Shown piece by piece: positions 13,223-30,510 of a stretch of DNA of 64,000 nt (position 1 is its first letter; each line of letters begins with the position of its first letter). This stretch comes from Eledone cirrhosa (Eukaryota): contig OZ024751.1 in NCBI GenBank assembly GCA_964016885.1, positions 6,076,001 to 6,140,000 of the forward strand, in the 5' to 3' direction. The notes beneath the pieces are model-generated. The model did not search any database. It was not told the DNA's origin and saw only the letters and a program-made list of their open reading frames with translations. A program made the translations under genes and the position numbers.

Positions 13223-13671
13223 TATACACATATGCATACAGGTACACATACATATATGCACGCATCAGTTTAGCCGACGTTTATTATAACGCCTGCTTTG
13301 TTCGTTTGCGTGTCAACAAACCGAACAGCCTGAATTTATGCCATACGGTGTTAAGGCAACCACGTCACCTTTTTGTTCAACACTGACACAGGAACGATGT
13401 ACTACTTTCAAGCTTGTTAGCTATCATCAGCACCGTTTACCCATCTGCCAGATAGTTGAACGTTCGAAAGTATATACTTTCCTTATGAAAATTAACGGCT
13501 GGGCAGCCTAATTTGCATATTGAGTGAGTTAAATCGGTCAGGCATACCGAAAACGATAAGTTGAAAAAAATGAAAACGAAATTTCATTTCTCACTCTTAG
13601 TATGGCACTTACTTAAATGTAAGTATGTATGTATACGTACATACATATATGTATACAGACGTACAGTAGCA

Positions 13672-13757
<86 letters not shown>

Positions 13758-14206
13758 TATACACATATGCATACAGGTACACATACATATATGCACGCAT
13801 CAGTTTAGCCGACGTTTATTATAACAACTGCTTTGGTCGTTTGTTTGTCAACAAACCGAACAGCCTGAATTTATGCCATACGGTGTTAAGGCAACCACGT
13901 CACCTTTTTGTTCAACACTGACACAGGAACGATGTACTACTTTCAAGCTTGTTAGCTATCATCAGCACCGTTTTCCCATCTGCCAGATAGTTGAACGTTC
14001 GAAAGTATATATTTTCCTTATGAAAATTAACGACTGAGCAGCCTAATTTGCATATTGAGTGAGTTAAATCGGTCAGACATACCGAAAACGATAAGTTGAA
14101 AAAAATAAAATCGAAATTTCATTTCTCACTCTTAGTATAGCACTTACTTAAATGTAAGTATGTATGTATACGTACATACATATATGTATACAGACGTACA
14201 GTAGCA

Positions 14207-14264
<58 letters not shown>

Positions 14265-14717
14265 TATATATACACATATGCATACAGGTACACATACATA
14301 TATGCACGCATCAGTTTAGCCGACGTTTACTATAACGCCTGCTTTGTTCGTTTGTTTGTCAACAAACCGAACAGCCTGAATTTATGCCATACGGTGTTAA
14401 GGCAACCACGTCACCTTTTTGTTCCACACTGACACAGGAACGATGTACTAGTTTCAAGCTTGTTAGCTATCATCAGCACCGTTTACCCATCTGCCAGATA
14501 GTTGAACGTTCGAAAGTATATACTTTCCTTATGAAAATTAACGGCTGAGCAGCCTAATTTGTATATTGAGTGAGTTAAATCGGTCAGGCATACCGAAAAC
14601 GATAAGTTGAAAAAAATGAAAACGAAATTTCATTTCTCACTCTTAGTATGGCACTTACTTAAATGTAAGTATGTATGTATACGTACATACATATATGTAT
14701 ACAGACGTACAGTAGCA

Positions 14718-14795
<78 letters not shown>

Positions 14796-15247
14796 TATAC
14801 ACATATGCATGCAGGTACACATACATATATGCACGCATCAGTTTAGCCGACGTTTATTATAACGCCTGCTTTGTTCGTTTGTTTGTCAACAAACCGAACA
14901 GCATGAATTTATGCCATACGGTGTTAAGGCAACCACGTCACCTTTTTGTTCAACACTGACACAGGAACGATGTACTACTTTCAAGCTTGTTAGCTATCAT
15001 CAGCACCGTTTTCCCATCTGCCAGATAGTTGAACGTTCGAAAGTATATATTTTCCTTATGAAAATTAACGACTGAGCAGCCTAATTTGCATATTGAGTGG
15101 GTTAAATCGATCAGGCATACCGAAAACGATAAGTTGAAAAAAATGAAAACGAAATTTCATTTCTCACTCTTAGTATGGCACTTACTTAAATGTAAGTATG
15201 TATGTATACGTACATACATATATGTATACAGACGTACAGTAGCATGC

Positions 15248-15280
<33 letters not shown>

Positions 15281-15729
15281 TATACACATATGCATGCAGG
15301 TACACATACATATATGCACGCATCTGTTTAGCCGACGTTTATTATAACGCCTGCTTTGTTCGTTTGTTTGTCAACAAACCGAACAGCCTGAATTTATGCC
15401 ATACGGTGTTAAGGCAACCACGTCACCTTTTTGTTCAACACTGACACAGGAACGATGTACTACTTTCAAGCTTGTTAGCTATCATCAGCACCGTTTTCCC
15501 ATCTGCCAGATAGTTGAACGTTCGAAAGTATATATTTTCCTCATGAAAATTAACGACTGATCAGCCTAATTTGCATATTGAGTGAGTTAAATCGGTCAGG
15601 CATACCGAAAACGATAAGTTGAAAAAAATAAAAACGAAATTTTATTTCTCACTCTTAGTATGGCACTTACTTAAATGTAAGTATGTATGTATACGTACAT
15701 ACATATATGTATACAGACGTACAGTAGCA

Positions 15730-15767
<38 letters not shown>

Positions 15768-16216
15768 TATACACATATGCATACAGGTACACATACATAT
15801 ATGCACGCATCAGTTTAGCCGACGTTTATTATAACGCCTGCTTTGTTCGTTTGTTTGTCAACAAACCGAACAGCCTGAATTTATGCCATACGGTGTTAAG
15901 GCAACCACGTCACCTTTTTGTTCAACACTGACACAGGAACGATGTACTACTTTCAAGCTTGTTAGCTATCATCAGCACCGTTTTCCCATCTGCCAGATAG
16001 TTGAACGTTCGAAAGTATATATTTTCCTTATGAAAATTAACGACTGAGCAGCCTAATTTGCATATTGAGTGAGTTAAATCGATCAGGCATACCGAAAACG
16101 ATAAGTTGAAAAAAATGAAAACGAAATTTCATTTCTCACTCTTAGTATGGCACTTACTTAAATGTAAGTATGTATGTATACGTACATACATATATGTATA
16201 CATACGTACAGTAGCA

Positions 16217-16268
<52 letters not shown>

Positions 16269-16717
16269 TATACACATATGCATACAGGTACACATACATA
16301 TATGCACGCATCAGTTTAGCCGACGTTTATTATAACGCCTGCTTTGTTCGTTTGTTTGTCAACAAACCGAACAGCCTGAATTTATCCCATACGGTGTTAA
16401 GGCAACCACGTCACCTTTTTGTTCCACACTGACACAGGAACGATGTACTAGTTTCAAGCTTGTTAGCTATCATCAGCACCGTTTACCCATCTGCCAGATA
16501 GTTGAACGTTCGAAAGTATATACTTTCCTTATGAAAATTAACGGCTGAGCAGCCTAATTTGCATATTGAGTGAGTTAAATCCGTCAGGCATACCGAAAAC
16601 GATAAGTTGAAAAAAATAAAAACGAAATTTCATTTCTCACTCTTAGTATGGCACTTACTTAAATGTAAGTATGTATGTATACGTACATACATATGTGTAT
16701 ACAGACGTACAGTAGCA

Positions 16718-16787
<70 letters not shown>

Positions 16788-17236
16788 TATACACATATGC
16801 ATACAGGTACACATACATATATGCACGCATCAGTTTAGCCGACGTTTATTATAACGCCTGCTTTGTTCGTTTGCGTGTCAACAAACCGAACAGCCTGAAT
16901 TTATGCCATACGGTGTTAAGGCAAACACGTCACCTTTTTGTTCAACACTGACACAGGAACGATGTACTACTTTCAAGCTTGTTAGCTATCATCAGCACCG
17001 TTTACCCATCTGCCAGATAGTTGAACGTTCGAAAGTATATACTTTCCTTATGAAAATTAACGGCTGGGCAGCCTAATTTGCATATTGAGTGAGTTAAATC
17101 GGTCAGGCATACCGAAAACGATAAGTTGAAAAAAATGAAAACGAAATTTCATTTCTCACTCTTAGTATGGCACTTACTTAAATGTAAGTATGTATGTATA
17201 CGTACATACATATATGTATACAGACGTACAGTAGCA

Positions 17237-17322
<86 letters not shown>

Positions 17323-17771
17323 TATACACATATGCATACAGGTACACATACATATATGCACGCATCAGTTTAGCCGACGTTTATTATAACGCCTGCTTTA
17401 GTCGTTTGTTTGTCAACAAACCGAACAGCCTGAATTTATGCCATACGGTGTTAAGGCAACCACGTCACCTTTTTGTTCAACACTGACACAGGAACGATGT
17501 ACTACTTTCAAGCTTGTTAGCTATCATCAGCACCGTTTTCCCATCTGCCAGATAGTTGAACGTTCGAAAGTATATATTTTCCTTATGAAAATTAACGACT
17601 GAGCAGCCTAATTTGCATATTGAGTGAGTTAAATCGGTCAGACATACCGAAAACGATAAGTTGAAAAAAATAAAATCGAAATTTCATTTCTCACTCTTAG
17701 TATGGCACTTACTTAAATGTAAGTATGTATGTATACGTACATACATATATGTATACAGACGTACAGTAGCA

Positions 17772-17845
<74 letters not shown>

Positions 17846-18298
17846 TATATATACACATATGCATACAGGTACACATACATATATGCACGCATCAGTTTAG
17901 CCGACGTTTACTATAACGCCTGCTTTGTTCGTTTGTTTGTCAACAAACCGAACAGCCTGAATTTATGCCATACGGTGTTAAGGCAACCACGTCACCTTTT
18001 TGTTCCACACTGACACAGGAACGATGTACTAGTTTCAAGCTTGTTAGCTATCATCAGCACCGTTTACCCATCTGCCAGATAGTTGAACGTTCGAAAGTAT
18101 ATACTTTCCTTATGAAAATTAACGGCTGAGCAGCCTAATTTGTATATTGAGTGAGTTAAATCGGGCAGGCATACCGAAAACGATAAGCTGAAAAAAATGA
18201 AAACGAAATTTCATTTCTCACTCTTAGTATGGCACTTACTTAAATGTAAGTATGTATGTATACGTACATACATATATGTATACAGACGTACAGTAGCA

Positions 18299-18368
<70 letters not shown>

Positions 18369-18820
18369 TATACACATATGCATGCAGGTACACATACATA
18401 TATGCACGCATCAGTTTAGCCGACGTTTATTATAACGCCTGCTTTGTTCGTTTGTTTGTCAACAAACCGAACAGCCTGAATTTATGCCATACGGTGTTAA
18501 GGCAACCACGTCACCTTTTTGTTCAACACTGACACAGGAACGATGTACTACTTTCAAGCTTGTTAGCTATCATCAGCACCGTTTTCCCATCTGCCAGATA
18601 GTTGAACGTTCGAAAGTATATATTTTCCTTATGAAAATTAACGACTGAGCAGCCTAATTTGCATATTGAGTGGGTTAAATCGATCAGGCATACCGAAAAC
18701 GATAAGTTGAAAAAAATGAAAACGAAATTTCATTTCTCACTCTTAGTATGGCACTTACTTAAATGTAAGTATGTATGTATACGTACATACATATATGTAT
18801 ACAGACGTACAGTAGCATGC

Positions 18821-18853
<33 letters not shown>

Positions 18854-19305
18854 TATACACATATGCATGCAGGTACACATACATATATGCACGCATCAGT
18901 TTAGCCGACGTTTATTATAACGCCTGCTTTGTTCGTTTGTTTGTCAACAAACCGAACAGCCTGAATTTATGCCATACGGTGTTAAGGCAACCACGTCACC
19001 TTTTTGTTCAACACTGACACAGGAACGATGTACTACTTTCAAGCTTGTTAGCTATCATCAGCACCGTTTTCCCATCTGCCAGATAGTTGAACGTTCGAAA
19101 GTATATATTTTCCTCATGAAAATTAACGACTGATCAGCCTAATTTGCATATTGAGTGAGTTAAATCGGTCAGGCATACCGAAAACGATAAGTTGAAAAAA
19201 ATAAAAACGAAATTTTATTTCTCACTCTTAGTATGGCACTTACTTAAATGTAAGTATGTATGTATACGTACATACATATATGTATACAGACGTACAGTAG
19301 CATGC

Positions 19306-19338
<33 letters not shown>

Positions 19339-19787
19339 TATACACATATGCATACAGGTACACATACATATATGCACGCATCAGTTTAGCCGACGTTTAT
19401 TATAACGCCTGCTTTGTTCGTTTGTTTGTCAACAAACCGAACAGCCTGAATTTATGCCATACGGTGTTAAGGCAACCACGTCATCTTTTTGTTCAACACT
19501 GACACAGGAACGATGTACTACTTTCAAGCTTGTTAGCTATCATCAGCACCGTTTTCCCATCTGCCAGATAGTTGAACGTTCGAAAGTATATATTTTCCTT
19601 ATGAAAATTAACGACTGAGCAGCCTAATTTGCATATTGAGTGAGTTAAATCGATCAGGCATACCGAAAACGATAAGTTGAAAAAAATGAAAACGAAATTT
19701 CATTTCTCACTCTTAGTATGGCACTTACTTAAATGTAAGTATGTATGTATACGTACATACATATATGTATACATACGTACAGTAGCA

Positions 19788-19861
<74 letters not shown>

Positions 19862-20310
19862 TATACACATATGCATACAGGTACACATACATATATGCAC
19901 GCATCAGTTTAGCCGACGTTTATTATAACGCCTGCTTTGTTCGTTTGTTTGTCAACAAACCGAACAGCCTGAATTTATCCCATACGGTGTTAAGGCAACC
20001 ACGTCACCTTTTTGTTCCACACTGACACAGGAACGATGTACTAGTTTCAAGCTTGTTAGCTATCATCAGCACCGTTTACCCATCTGCCAGATAGTTGAAC
20101 GTTCGAAAGTATATACTTTCCTTATGAAAATTAACGGCTGAGCAGCCTAATTTGCATATTGAGTGAGTTAAATCCGTCAGGCATACCGAAAACGATAAGT
20201 TGAAAAAAATAAAAACGAAATTTCATTTCTCACTCTTAGTATGGCACTTACTTAAATGTAAGTATGTATGTATACGTACATACATATGTGTATACAGACG
20301 TACAGTAGCA

Positions 20311-20400
<90 letters not shown>

Positions 20401-20849
20401 TATACACATATGCATACAGGTACACATACATATATGCACGCATCAGTTTAGCCGACGTTTATTATAACGCCTGCTTTGTTCGTTTGCGTGTCAACAAACC
20501 GAACAGCCTGAATTTATGCCATACGGTGTTAAGGCAACCACGTCACCTTTTTGTTCAACACTGACACAGGAACGATGTACTACTTTCAAGCTTGTTAGCT
20601 ATCATCAGCACCGTTTACCCATCTGCCAGATAGTTGAACGTTCGAAAGTATATACTTTCCTTATGAAAATTAACGGCTGGGCAGCCTAATTTGCATATTG
20701 AGTGAGTTAAATCGGTCAGGCATACCGAAAACGATAAGTTGAAAAAAATGAAAACGAAATTTCATTTCTCACTCTTAGTATGGCACTTACTTAAATGTAA
20801 GTATGTATGTATACGTACATACATATATGTATACAGACGTACAGTAGCA

Positions 20850-20919
<70 letters not shown>

Positions 20920-21368
20920 TATACACATATGCATACAGGTACACATACATATATGCACGCATCAGTTTAGCCGACGTTTATTATAACGCCTGCTTTGGTC
21001 GTTTGTTTGTCAACAAACCGAACAGCCTGAATTTATGCCATACGGTGTTAAGGCAACCACGTCACCTTTTTGTTCAACACTGACACAGGAACGATGTACT
21101 ACTTTCAAGCTTGTTAGCTATCATCAGCACCGTTTTCCCATCTGCCAGATAGTTGAACGTTCGAAAGTATATATTTTCCTTATGAAAATTAACGACTGAG
21201 CAGCCTAATTTGCATATTGAGTGAGTTAAATCGGTCAGACATACCGAAAACGATAAGTTGAAAAAAATAAAATCGAAATTTCATTTCTCACTCTTAGTAT
21301 GGCACTTACTTAAATGTAAGTATGTATATATACGTACATACATATATGTATACAGACGTACAGTAGCA

Positions 21369-21430
<62 letters not shown>

Positions 21431-21883
21431 TATATATACACATATGCATACAGGTACACATACATATATGCACGCATCAGTTTAGCCGACGTTTACTATA
21501 ACGCCTGCTTTGTTCGTTTGTTTGTCAACAAACCGAACAGCCTGAATTTATGCCATACGGTGTTAAGGCAACCACGTCACCTTTTTGTTCCACACTGACA
21601 CAGGAACGATGTACTAGTTTCAAGCTTGTTAGCTATCATCAGCACCGTTTACCCATCTGCCAGATAGTTGAACGTTCGAAAGTATATACTTTCCTTATGA
21701 AAATTAACGGCTGAGCAGCCTAATTTGTATATTGAGTGAGTTAAATCGGTCAGGCATACCGAAAACGATAAGTTGAAAAAAATGAAAACGAAATTTCATT
21801 TCTCACTCTTAGTATGGCACTTACTTAAATGTAAGTATGTATGTATACGTACATACATATATGTATACAGACGTACAGTAGCA

Positions 21884-21951
<68 letters not shown>

Positions 21952-22403
21952 TATACACATATGCATGCAGGTACACATACATATATGCACGCATCAGTTT
22001 AGCCGACGTTTATTATAACGCCTGCTTTGTTCGTTTGTTTGTCAACAAACCGAACAGCCTGAATTTATGCCATACGGTGTTAAGGCAACCACGTCACCTT
22101 TTTGTTCAACACTGACACAGGAACGATGTACTACTTTCAAGCTTGTTAGCTATCATCAGCACCGTTTTCCCATCTGCCAGATAGTTGAACGTTCGAAAGT
22201 ATATATTTTCCTTATGAAAATTAACGACTGAGCAGCCTAATTTGCATATTGAGTGGGTTAAATCGATCAGGCATACCGAAAACGATAAGTTGAAAAAAAT
22301 GAAAACGAAATTTCATTTCTCACTCTTAGTATGGCACTTACTTAAATGTAAGTATGTATGTATACGTACATACATATATGTATACAGACATACAGTAGCA
22401 TGC

Positions 22404-22434
<31 letters not shown>

Positions 22435-22883
22435 TATACACATATGCATGCAGGTACACATACATATATGCACGCATCAGTTTAGCCGACGTTTATTATA
22501 ACGCCTGCTTTGTTCGTTTGTTTGTCAACAAACCGAACAGCCTGAATTTATGCCATACGGTGTTAAGGCAACCACGTCACCTTTTTGTTCAACACTGACA
22601 CAGGAACGATGTACTACTTTCAAGCTTGTTAGCTATCATCAGCACCGTTTTCCCATCTGCCAGATAGTTGAACGTTCGAAAGTATATATTTTCCTCATGA
22701 AAATTAACGACTGATCAGCCTAATTTGCATATTGAGTGAGTTAAATCGGTCAGGCATACCGAAAACGATAAGTTGAAAAAAATAAAAACGAAATTTTATT
22801 TCTCACTCTTAGTATGGCACTTACTTAAATGTAAGTATGTATGTATACGTACATACATATATGTATACAGACGTACAGTAGCA

Positions 22884-22921
<38 letters not shown>

Positions 22922-23370
22922 TATACACATATGCATACAGGTACACATACATATATGCACGCATCAGTTTAGCCGACGTTTATTATAACGCCTGCTTTGT
23001 TCGTTTGTTTGTCAACAAACCGAACAGCCTGAATTTATGCCATACGGTGTTAAGGCAACCACGTCACCTTTTTGTTCAACACTGACACAGGAACGATGTA
23101 CTACTTTCAAGCTTGTTAGCTATCATCAGCACCGTTTTCCCATCTGCCAGATAGTTGAACGTTCGAAAGTATATATTTTCCTTATGAAAATTAACGACTG
23201 AGCAGCCTAATTTGCATATTGAGTGAGTTAAATCGATCAGGCATACCGAAAACGATAAGTTGAAAAAAATGAAAACGAAATTTCATTTCTCACTCTTAGT
23301 ATGGCACTTACTTAAATGTAAGTATGTATGTATACGTACATACATATATGTATACAGACGTACAGTAGCA

Positions 23371-23410
<40 letters not shown>

Positions 23411-23859
23411 TATACACATATGCATGCAGGTACACATACATATATGCACGCATCAGTTTAGCCGACCTTTATTATAACGCCTGCTTTGTTCGTTTGTTTG
23501 TCAACAAACCGAACAGCCTGAATTTATGCCATACGGTGTTAAGGCAACCACGTCACCTTTTTGTTCAACACTGACACAGGAACGATGTACTACTTTCAAG
23601 CTTGTTAGCTATCATCAGCACCGTTTTCCCATCTGCCAGATAGTTGAACGTTCGAAAGTATATATTTTCCTCATGAAAATTAACGACTGATCAGCCTAAT
23701 TTGCATATTGAGTGAGTTAAATCGGTCAGGCATACCGAAAACGATAAGTTGAAAAAAATAAAAACGAAATTTTATTTCTCACTCTTAGTATGGCACTTAC
23801 TTAAATGTAAGTATGTATGTATACGTACATACATATATGTATACAGACGTACAGTAGCA

Positions 23860-23897
<38 letters not shown>

Positions 23898-24346
23898 TAT
23901 ACACATATGCATACAGGTACACATACATATATGCACGCATCAGTTTAGCCGACGTTTATTATAACGCCTGCTTTGTTCGTTTGTTTGTCAACAAACCGAA
24001 CAGCCTGAATTTATGCCATACGGTGTTAAGGCAACCACGTCACCTTTTTGTTCCACACTGACACAGGAACGATGTACTAGTTTCAAGCTTGTTAGCTATC
24101 ATCAGCACCGTTTACCCATCTGCCAGATAGTTGAACGTTCGAAAGTATATACTTTCCTTATGAAAATTAACGGCTGAGCAGCCTAATTTGCATATTGAGT
24201 GAGTTAAATCGGTCAGGCATACCGAAAACGATAAGTTGAAAAAAATAAAAACCAAATTTCATTTCTCACTCTTAGTATGGCACTTACTTAAATGTAAGTA
24301 TGTATGTATACGTACATACATATATGTATACATACGTACAGTAGCA

Positions 24347-24416
<70 letters not shown>

Positions 24417-24867
24417 TATACACATATGCATACAGGTACACATACATATATGCACGCATCAGTTTAGCCGACGTTTATTATAACGCCTGCTTTGTTCGTT
24501 TGTTTGTCAACAAACCGAACAGCCTGAATTTATCCCATACGGTGTTAAGGCAACCACGTCACCTTTTTGTTCCACACTGACACAGGAACGATGTACTAGT
24601 TTCAAGCTTGTTAGCTATCATCAGCACCGTTTACCCATCTGCCAGATAGTTGAACGTTCGAAAGTATATACTTTCCTTATGAAAATTAACGGCTGAGCAG
24701 CCTAATTTGCATATTGAGTGAGTTAAATCCGTCAGGCATACCGAAAACGATAAGTTGAAAAAAATAAAAACGAAATTTCATTTCTCACTCTTAGTATGGC
24801 ACTTACTTAAATGTAAGTATGTATGTATACGTACATACATATGTGTATACAGACGTACAGTAGCATG

Positions 24868-24957
<90 letters not shown>

Positions 24958-25406
24958 TATACACATATGCATACAGGTACACATACATATATGCACGCAT
25001 CAGTTTAGCCGACGTTTATTATAACGCCTGCTTTGTTCGTTTGCGTGTCAACAAACCGAACAGCCTGAATTTATGCCATACGGTGTTAAGGCAACCACGT
25101 CACCTTTTTGTTCAACACTGACACAGGAACGATGTACTACTTTCAAGCTTGTTAGCTATCATCAGCACCGTTTACCCATCTGCCAGATAGTTGAACGTTC
25201 GAAAGTATATACTTTCCTTATGAAAATTAACGGCTGGGCAGCCTAATTTGCATATTGAGTGAGTTAAATCGGTCAGGCATACCGAAAACGATAAGTTGAA
25301 AAAAATGAAAACGAAATTTCATTTCTCACTCTTAGTATGGCACTTACTTAAATGTAAGTATGTATGTATACGTACATACATATATGTATACAGACGTACA
25401 GTAGCA

Positions 25407-25486
<80 letters not shown>

Positions 25487-25935
25487 TATACACATATGCA
25501 TACAGGTACACATACATATATGCACGCATCAGTTTAGCCGACGTTTATTATAACGCCTGCTTTGGTCGTTTGTTTGTCAACAAACCGAACAGCCTGAATT
25601 TATGCCATACGGTGTTAAGGCAACCACGTCACCTTTTTGTTCAACACTGACACAGGAACGATGTACTACTTTCAAGCTTGTTAGCTATCATCAGCACCGT
25701 TTTCCCATCTGCCAGATAGTTGAACGTTCGAAAGTATATATTTTCCTTATGAAAATTAACGACTGAGCAGCCTAATTTGCATATTGAGTGAGTTAAATCG
25801 GTCAGACATACCGAAAACGATAAGTTGAAAAAAATAAAATCGAAATTTCATTTCTCACTCTTAGTATGGCACTTACTTAAATGTAAGTATGTATGTATAC
25901 GTACATACATATATGTATACAGACGTACAGTAGCA

Positions 25936-25997
<62 letters not shown>

Positions 25998-26450
25998 TAT
26001 ATATACACATATGCATACAGGTACACATACATATATGCACGCATCAGTTTAGCCGACGTTTACTATAACGCCTGCTTTGTTCGTTTGTTTGTCAACAAAC
26101 CGAACAGCCTGAATTTATGCCATACGGTGTTAAGGCAACCACGTCACCTTTTTGTTCCACACTGACACAGGAACGATGTACTAGTTTCAAGCTTGTTAGC
26201 TATCATCAGCACCGTTTACCCATCTGCCAGATAGTTGAACGTTCGAAAGTATATACTTTCCTTATGAAAATTAACGGCTGAGCAGCCTAATTTGTATATT
26301 GAGTGAGTTAAATCGGTCAGGCATACCGAAAACGATAAGTTGAAAAAAATGAAAACGAAATTTCATTTCTCACTCTTAGTATGGCACTTACTTAAATGTA
26401 AGTATGTATGTATACGTACATACATATATGTATACAGACGTACAGTAGCA

Positions 26451-26518
<68 letters not shown>

Positions 26519-26970
26519 TATACACATATGCATGCAGGTACACATACATATATGCACGCATCAGTTTAGCCGACGTTTATTATAACGCCTGCTTTGTTCG
26601 TTTGTTTGTCAACAAACCGAACAGCCTGAATTTATGCCATACGGTGTTAAGGCAACCACGTCACCTTTTTGTTCAACACTGACACAGGAACGATGTACTA
26701 CTTTCAAGCTTGTTAGCTATCATCAGCACCGTTTTCCCATCTGCCAGATAGTTGAACGTTCGAAAGTATATATTTTCCTTATGAAAATTAACGACTGAGC
26801 AGCCTAATTTGCATATTGAGTGGGTTAAATCGATCAGGCATACCGAAAACGATAAGTTGAAAAAAATGAAAACGAAATTTCATTTCTCACTCTTAGTATG
26901 GCACTTACTTAAATGTAAGTATGTATGTATACGTACATACATATATGTATACAGACGTACAGTAGCATGC

Positions 26971-27003
<33 letters not shown>

Positions 27004-27452
27004 TATACACATATGCATGCAGGTACACATACATATATGCACGCATCAGTTTAGCCGACGTTTATTATAACGCCTGCTTTGTTCGTTTGTTTGTCAACAA
27101 ACCGAACAGCCTGAATTTATGCCATACGGTGTTAAGGCAACCACGTCACCTTTTTGTTCAACACTGACACAGGAACGATGTACTACTTTCAAGCTTGTTA
27201 GCTATCATCAGCACCGTTTTCCCATCTGCCAGATAGTTGAACGTTCGAAAGTATATATTTTCCTCATGAAAATTAACGACTGATCAGCCTAATTTGCATA
27301 TTGAGTGAGTTAAATCGGTCAGGCATACCGAAAACGATAAGTTGAAAAAAATAAAAACGAAATTTTATTTCTCACTCTTAGTATGGCACTTACTTAAATG
27401 TAAGTATGTATGTATACGTACATACATATATGTATACAGACGTACAGTAGCA

Positions 27453-27490
<38 letters not shown>

Positions 27491-27942
27491 TATACACATA
27501 TGCATACAGGTACACATACATATATGCACGCATCAGTTTAGCCGACGTTTATTATAACGCCTGCTTTGTTCGTTTGTTTGTCAACAAACCGAACAGCCTG
27601 AATTTATGCCATACGGTGTTAAGGCAACCACGTCACCTTTTTGTTCAACACTGACACAGGAACGATGTACTACTTTCAAGCTTGTTAGCTATCATCAGCA
27701 CCGTTTTCCCATCTGCCAGATAGTTGAACGTTCGAAAGTATATATTTTCCTTATGAAAATTAACGACTGAGCAGCCTAATTTGCATATTGAGTGAGTTAA
27801 ATCGATCAGGCATACCGAAAACGATAAGTTGAAAAAAATGAAAACGAAATTTCATTTCTCACTCTTAGTATGGCACTTACTTAAATGTAAGTATGTATGT
27901 ATACGTACATACATATATGTATACAGACGTACAGTAGCATGC

Positions 27943-27975
<33 letters not shown>

Positions 27976-28424
27976 TATACACATATGCATGCAGGTACAC
28001 ATACATATATGCACGCATCAGTTTAGCCGACGTTTATTATAACGCCTGCTTTGTTCGTTTGTTTGTCAACAAACCGAACAGCCTGAATTTATGCCATACG
28101 GTGTTAAGGCAACCACGTCACCTTTTTGTTCAACACTGACACAGGAACGATGTACTACTTTCAAGCTTGTTAGCTATCATCAGCACCGTTTTCCCATCTG
28201 CCAGATAGTTGAACGTTCGAAAGTATATATTTTCCTCATGAAAATTAACGACTGATCAGCCTAATTTGCATATTGAGTGAGTTAAATCGGTCAGGCATAC
28301 CGAAAACGATAAGTTGAAAAAAATAAAAACGAAATTTTATTTCTCACTCTTAGTATGGCACTTACTTAAATGTAAGTATGTATGTATACGTACATACATA
28401 TATGTATACAGACGTACAGTAGCA

Positions 28425-28462
<38 letters not shown>

Positions 28463-28911
28463 TATACACATATGCATACAGGTACACATACATATATGCA
28501 CGCATCAGTTTAGCCGACGTTTATTATAACGCCTGCTTTGTTCGTTTGTTTGTCAACAAACCGAACAGCCTGAATTTATGCCATACGGTGTTAAGGCAAC
28601 CACGTCACCTTTTTGTTCCACACTGACACAGGAACGATGTACTAGTTTCAAGCTTGTTAGCTATCATCAGCACCGTTTACCCATCTGCCAGATAGTTGAA
28701 CGTTCGAAAGTATATACTTTCCTTAGGAAAATTAACGGCTGAGCAGCCTAATTTGCATATTGAGTGAGTTAAATCGGTCAGGCATACCGAAAACGATAAG
28801 TTGAAAAAAATAAAAACCAAATTTCATTTCTCACTCTTAGTATGGCACTTACTTAAATGTAAGTATGTATGTATACGTACATACATATATGTATACATAC
28901 GTACAGTAGCA

Positions 28912-28977
<66 letters not shown>

Positions 28978-29426
28978 TATACACATATGCATACAGGTAC
29001 ACATACATATATGCACGCATCAGTTTAGCCGACGTTTATTATAACGCCTGCTTTGTTCGTTTGTTTGTCAACAAACCGAACAGCCTGAATTTATCCCATA
29101 CGGTGTTAAGGCAACCACGTCACCTTTTTGTTCCACACTGACACAGGAACGATGTACTAGTTTCAAGCTTGTTAGCTATCATCAGCACCGTTTACCCATC
29201 TGCCAGATAGTTGAACGTTCGAAAGTATATACTTTCCTTATGAAAATTAACGGCTGAGCAGCCTAATTTGCATATTGAGTGAGTTAAATCGGTCAGGCAT
29301 ACCGAAAACGATAAGCTGAAAAAAATAAAAACGAAATTTCATTTCTCACTCTTAGTATGGCACTTACTTAAATGTAAGTATGTATGTATACGTACATACA
29401 TATATGTATACAGACGTACAGTAGCA

Positions 29427-29518
<92 letters not shown>

Positions 29519-29967
29519 TATACACATATGCATACAGGTACACATACATATATGCACGCATCAGTTTAGCCGACGTTTATTATAACGCCTGCTTTGGTCG
29601 TTTGTTTGTCAACAAACCGAACGGCCTGAATTTATGCCATACGGTGTTAAGGCAACCACGTCACCTTTTTGTTCAACACTGACACAGGAACGATGTACTA
29701 CTTTCAAGCTTGTTAGCTATCATCAGCACCGTTTTCCCATCTGCCAGATAGTTGAACGTTCGAAAGTATATATTTTCCTTATGAAAATTAACGACTGAGC
29801 AGCCTAATTTGCATATTGAGTGAGTTAAATCGGTCAGACATACCGAAAACGATAAGTTGAAAAAAATAAAAACGAAATTTCATTTCTCACTCTTAGTATG
29901 GCACTTACTTAAATGTAAGTATGTATGTATACGTACATACATATATGTATACAGACGTACAGTAGCA

Positions 29968-30009
<42 letters not shown>

Positions 30010-30458
30010 TATACACATATGCATACAGGTACACATACATATATGCACGCATCAGTTTAGCCGACGTTTACTATAACGCCTGCTTTGTTCGTTTGTTTGT
30101 CAACAAACCGAACAGCCTGAATTTATGCCATACGGTGTTAAGGCAACCACGTCACCTTTTTGTTCAACACTGACACAGGAACGATGTACTAGTTTCAAGC
30201 TTGTTAGCTATCATCAGCACCGTTTACCCATCTGCCAGATAGTTGAACGTTCGAAAGTATATACTTTCCTTATGAAAATTAACGGCTGAGCAGCCTAATT
30301 TGCATATTGAGTGAGTTAAATCGGTCAGGCATACCGAAAACGATAAGTTGAAAAAAATGAAAACGAAATTTCATTTCTCACTCTTAGTATGGCACTTACT
30401 TAAATGTAAGTATGTATGTATACGTACATACATATATGTATACAGACGTACAGTAGCA

Positions 30459-30510
<52 letters not shown>

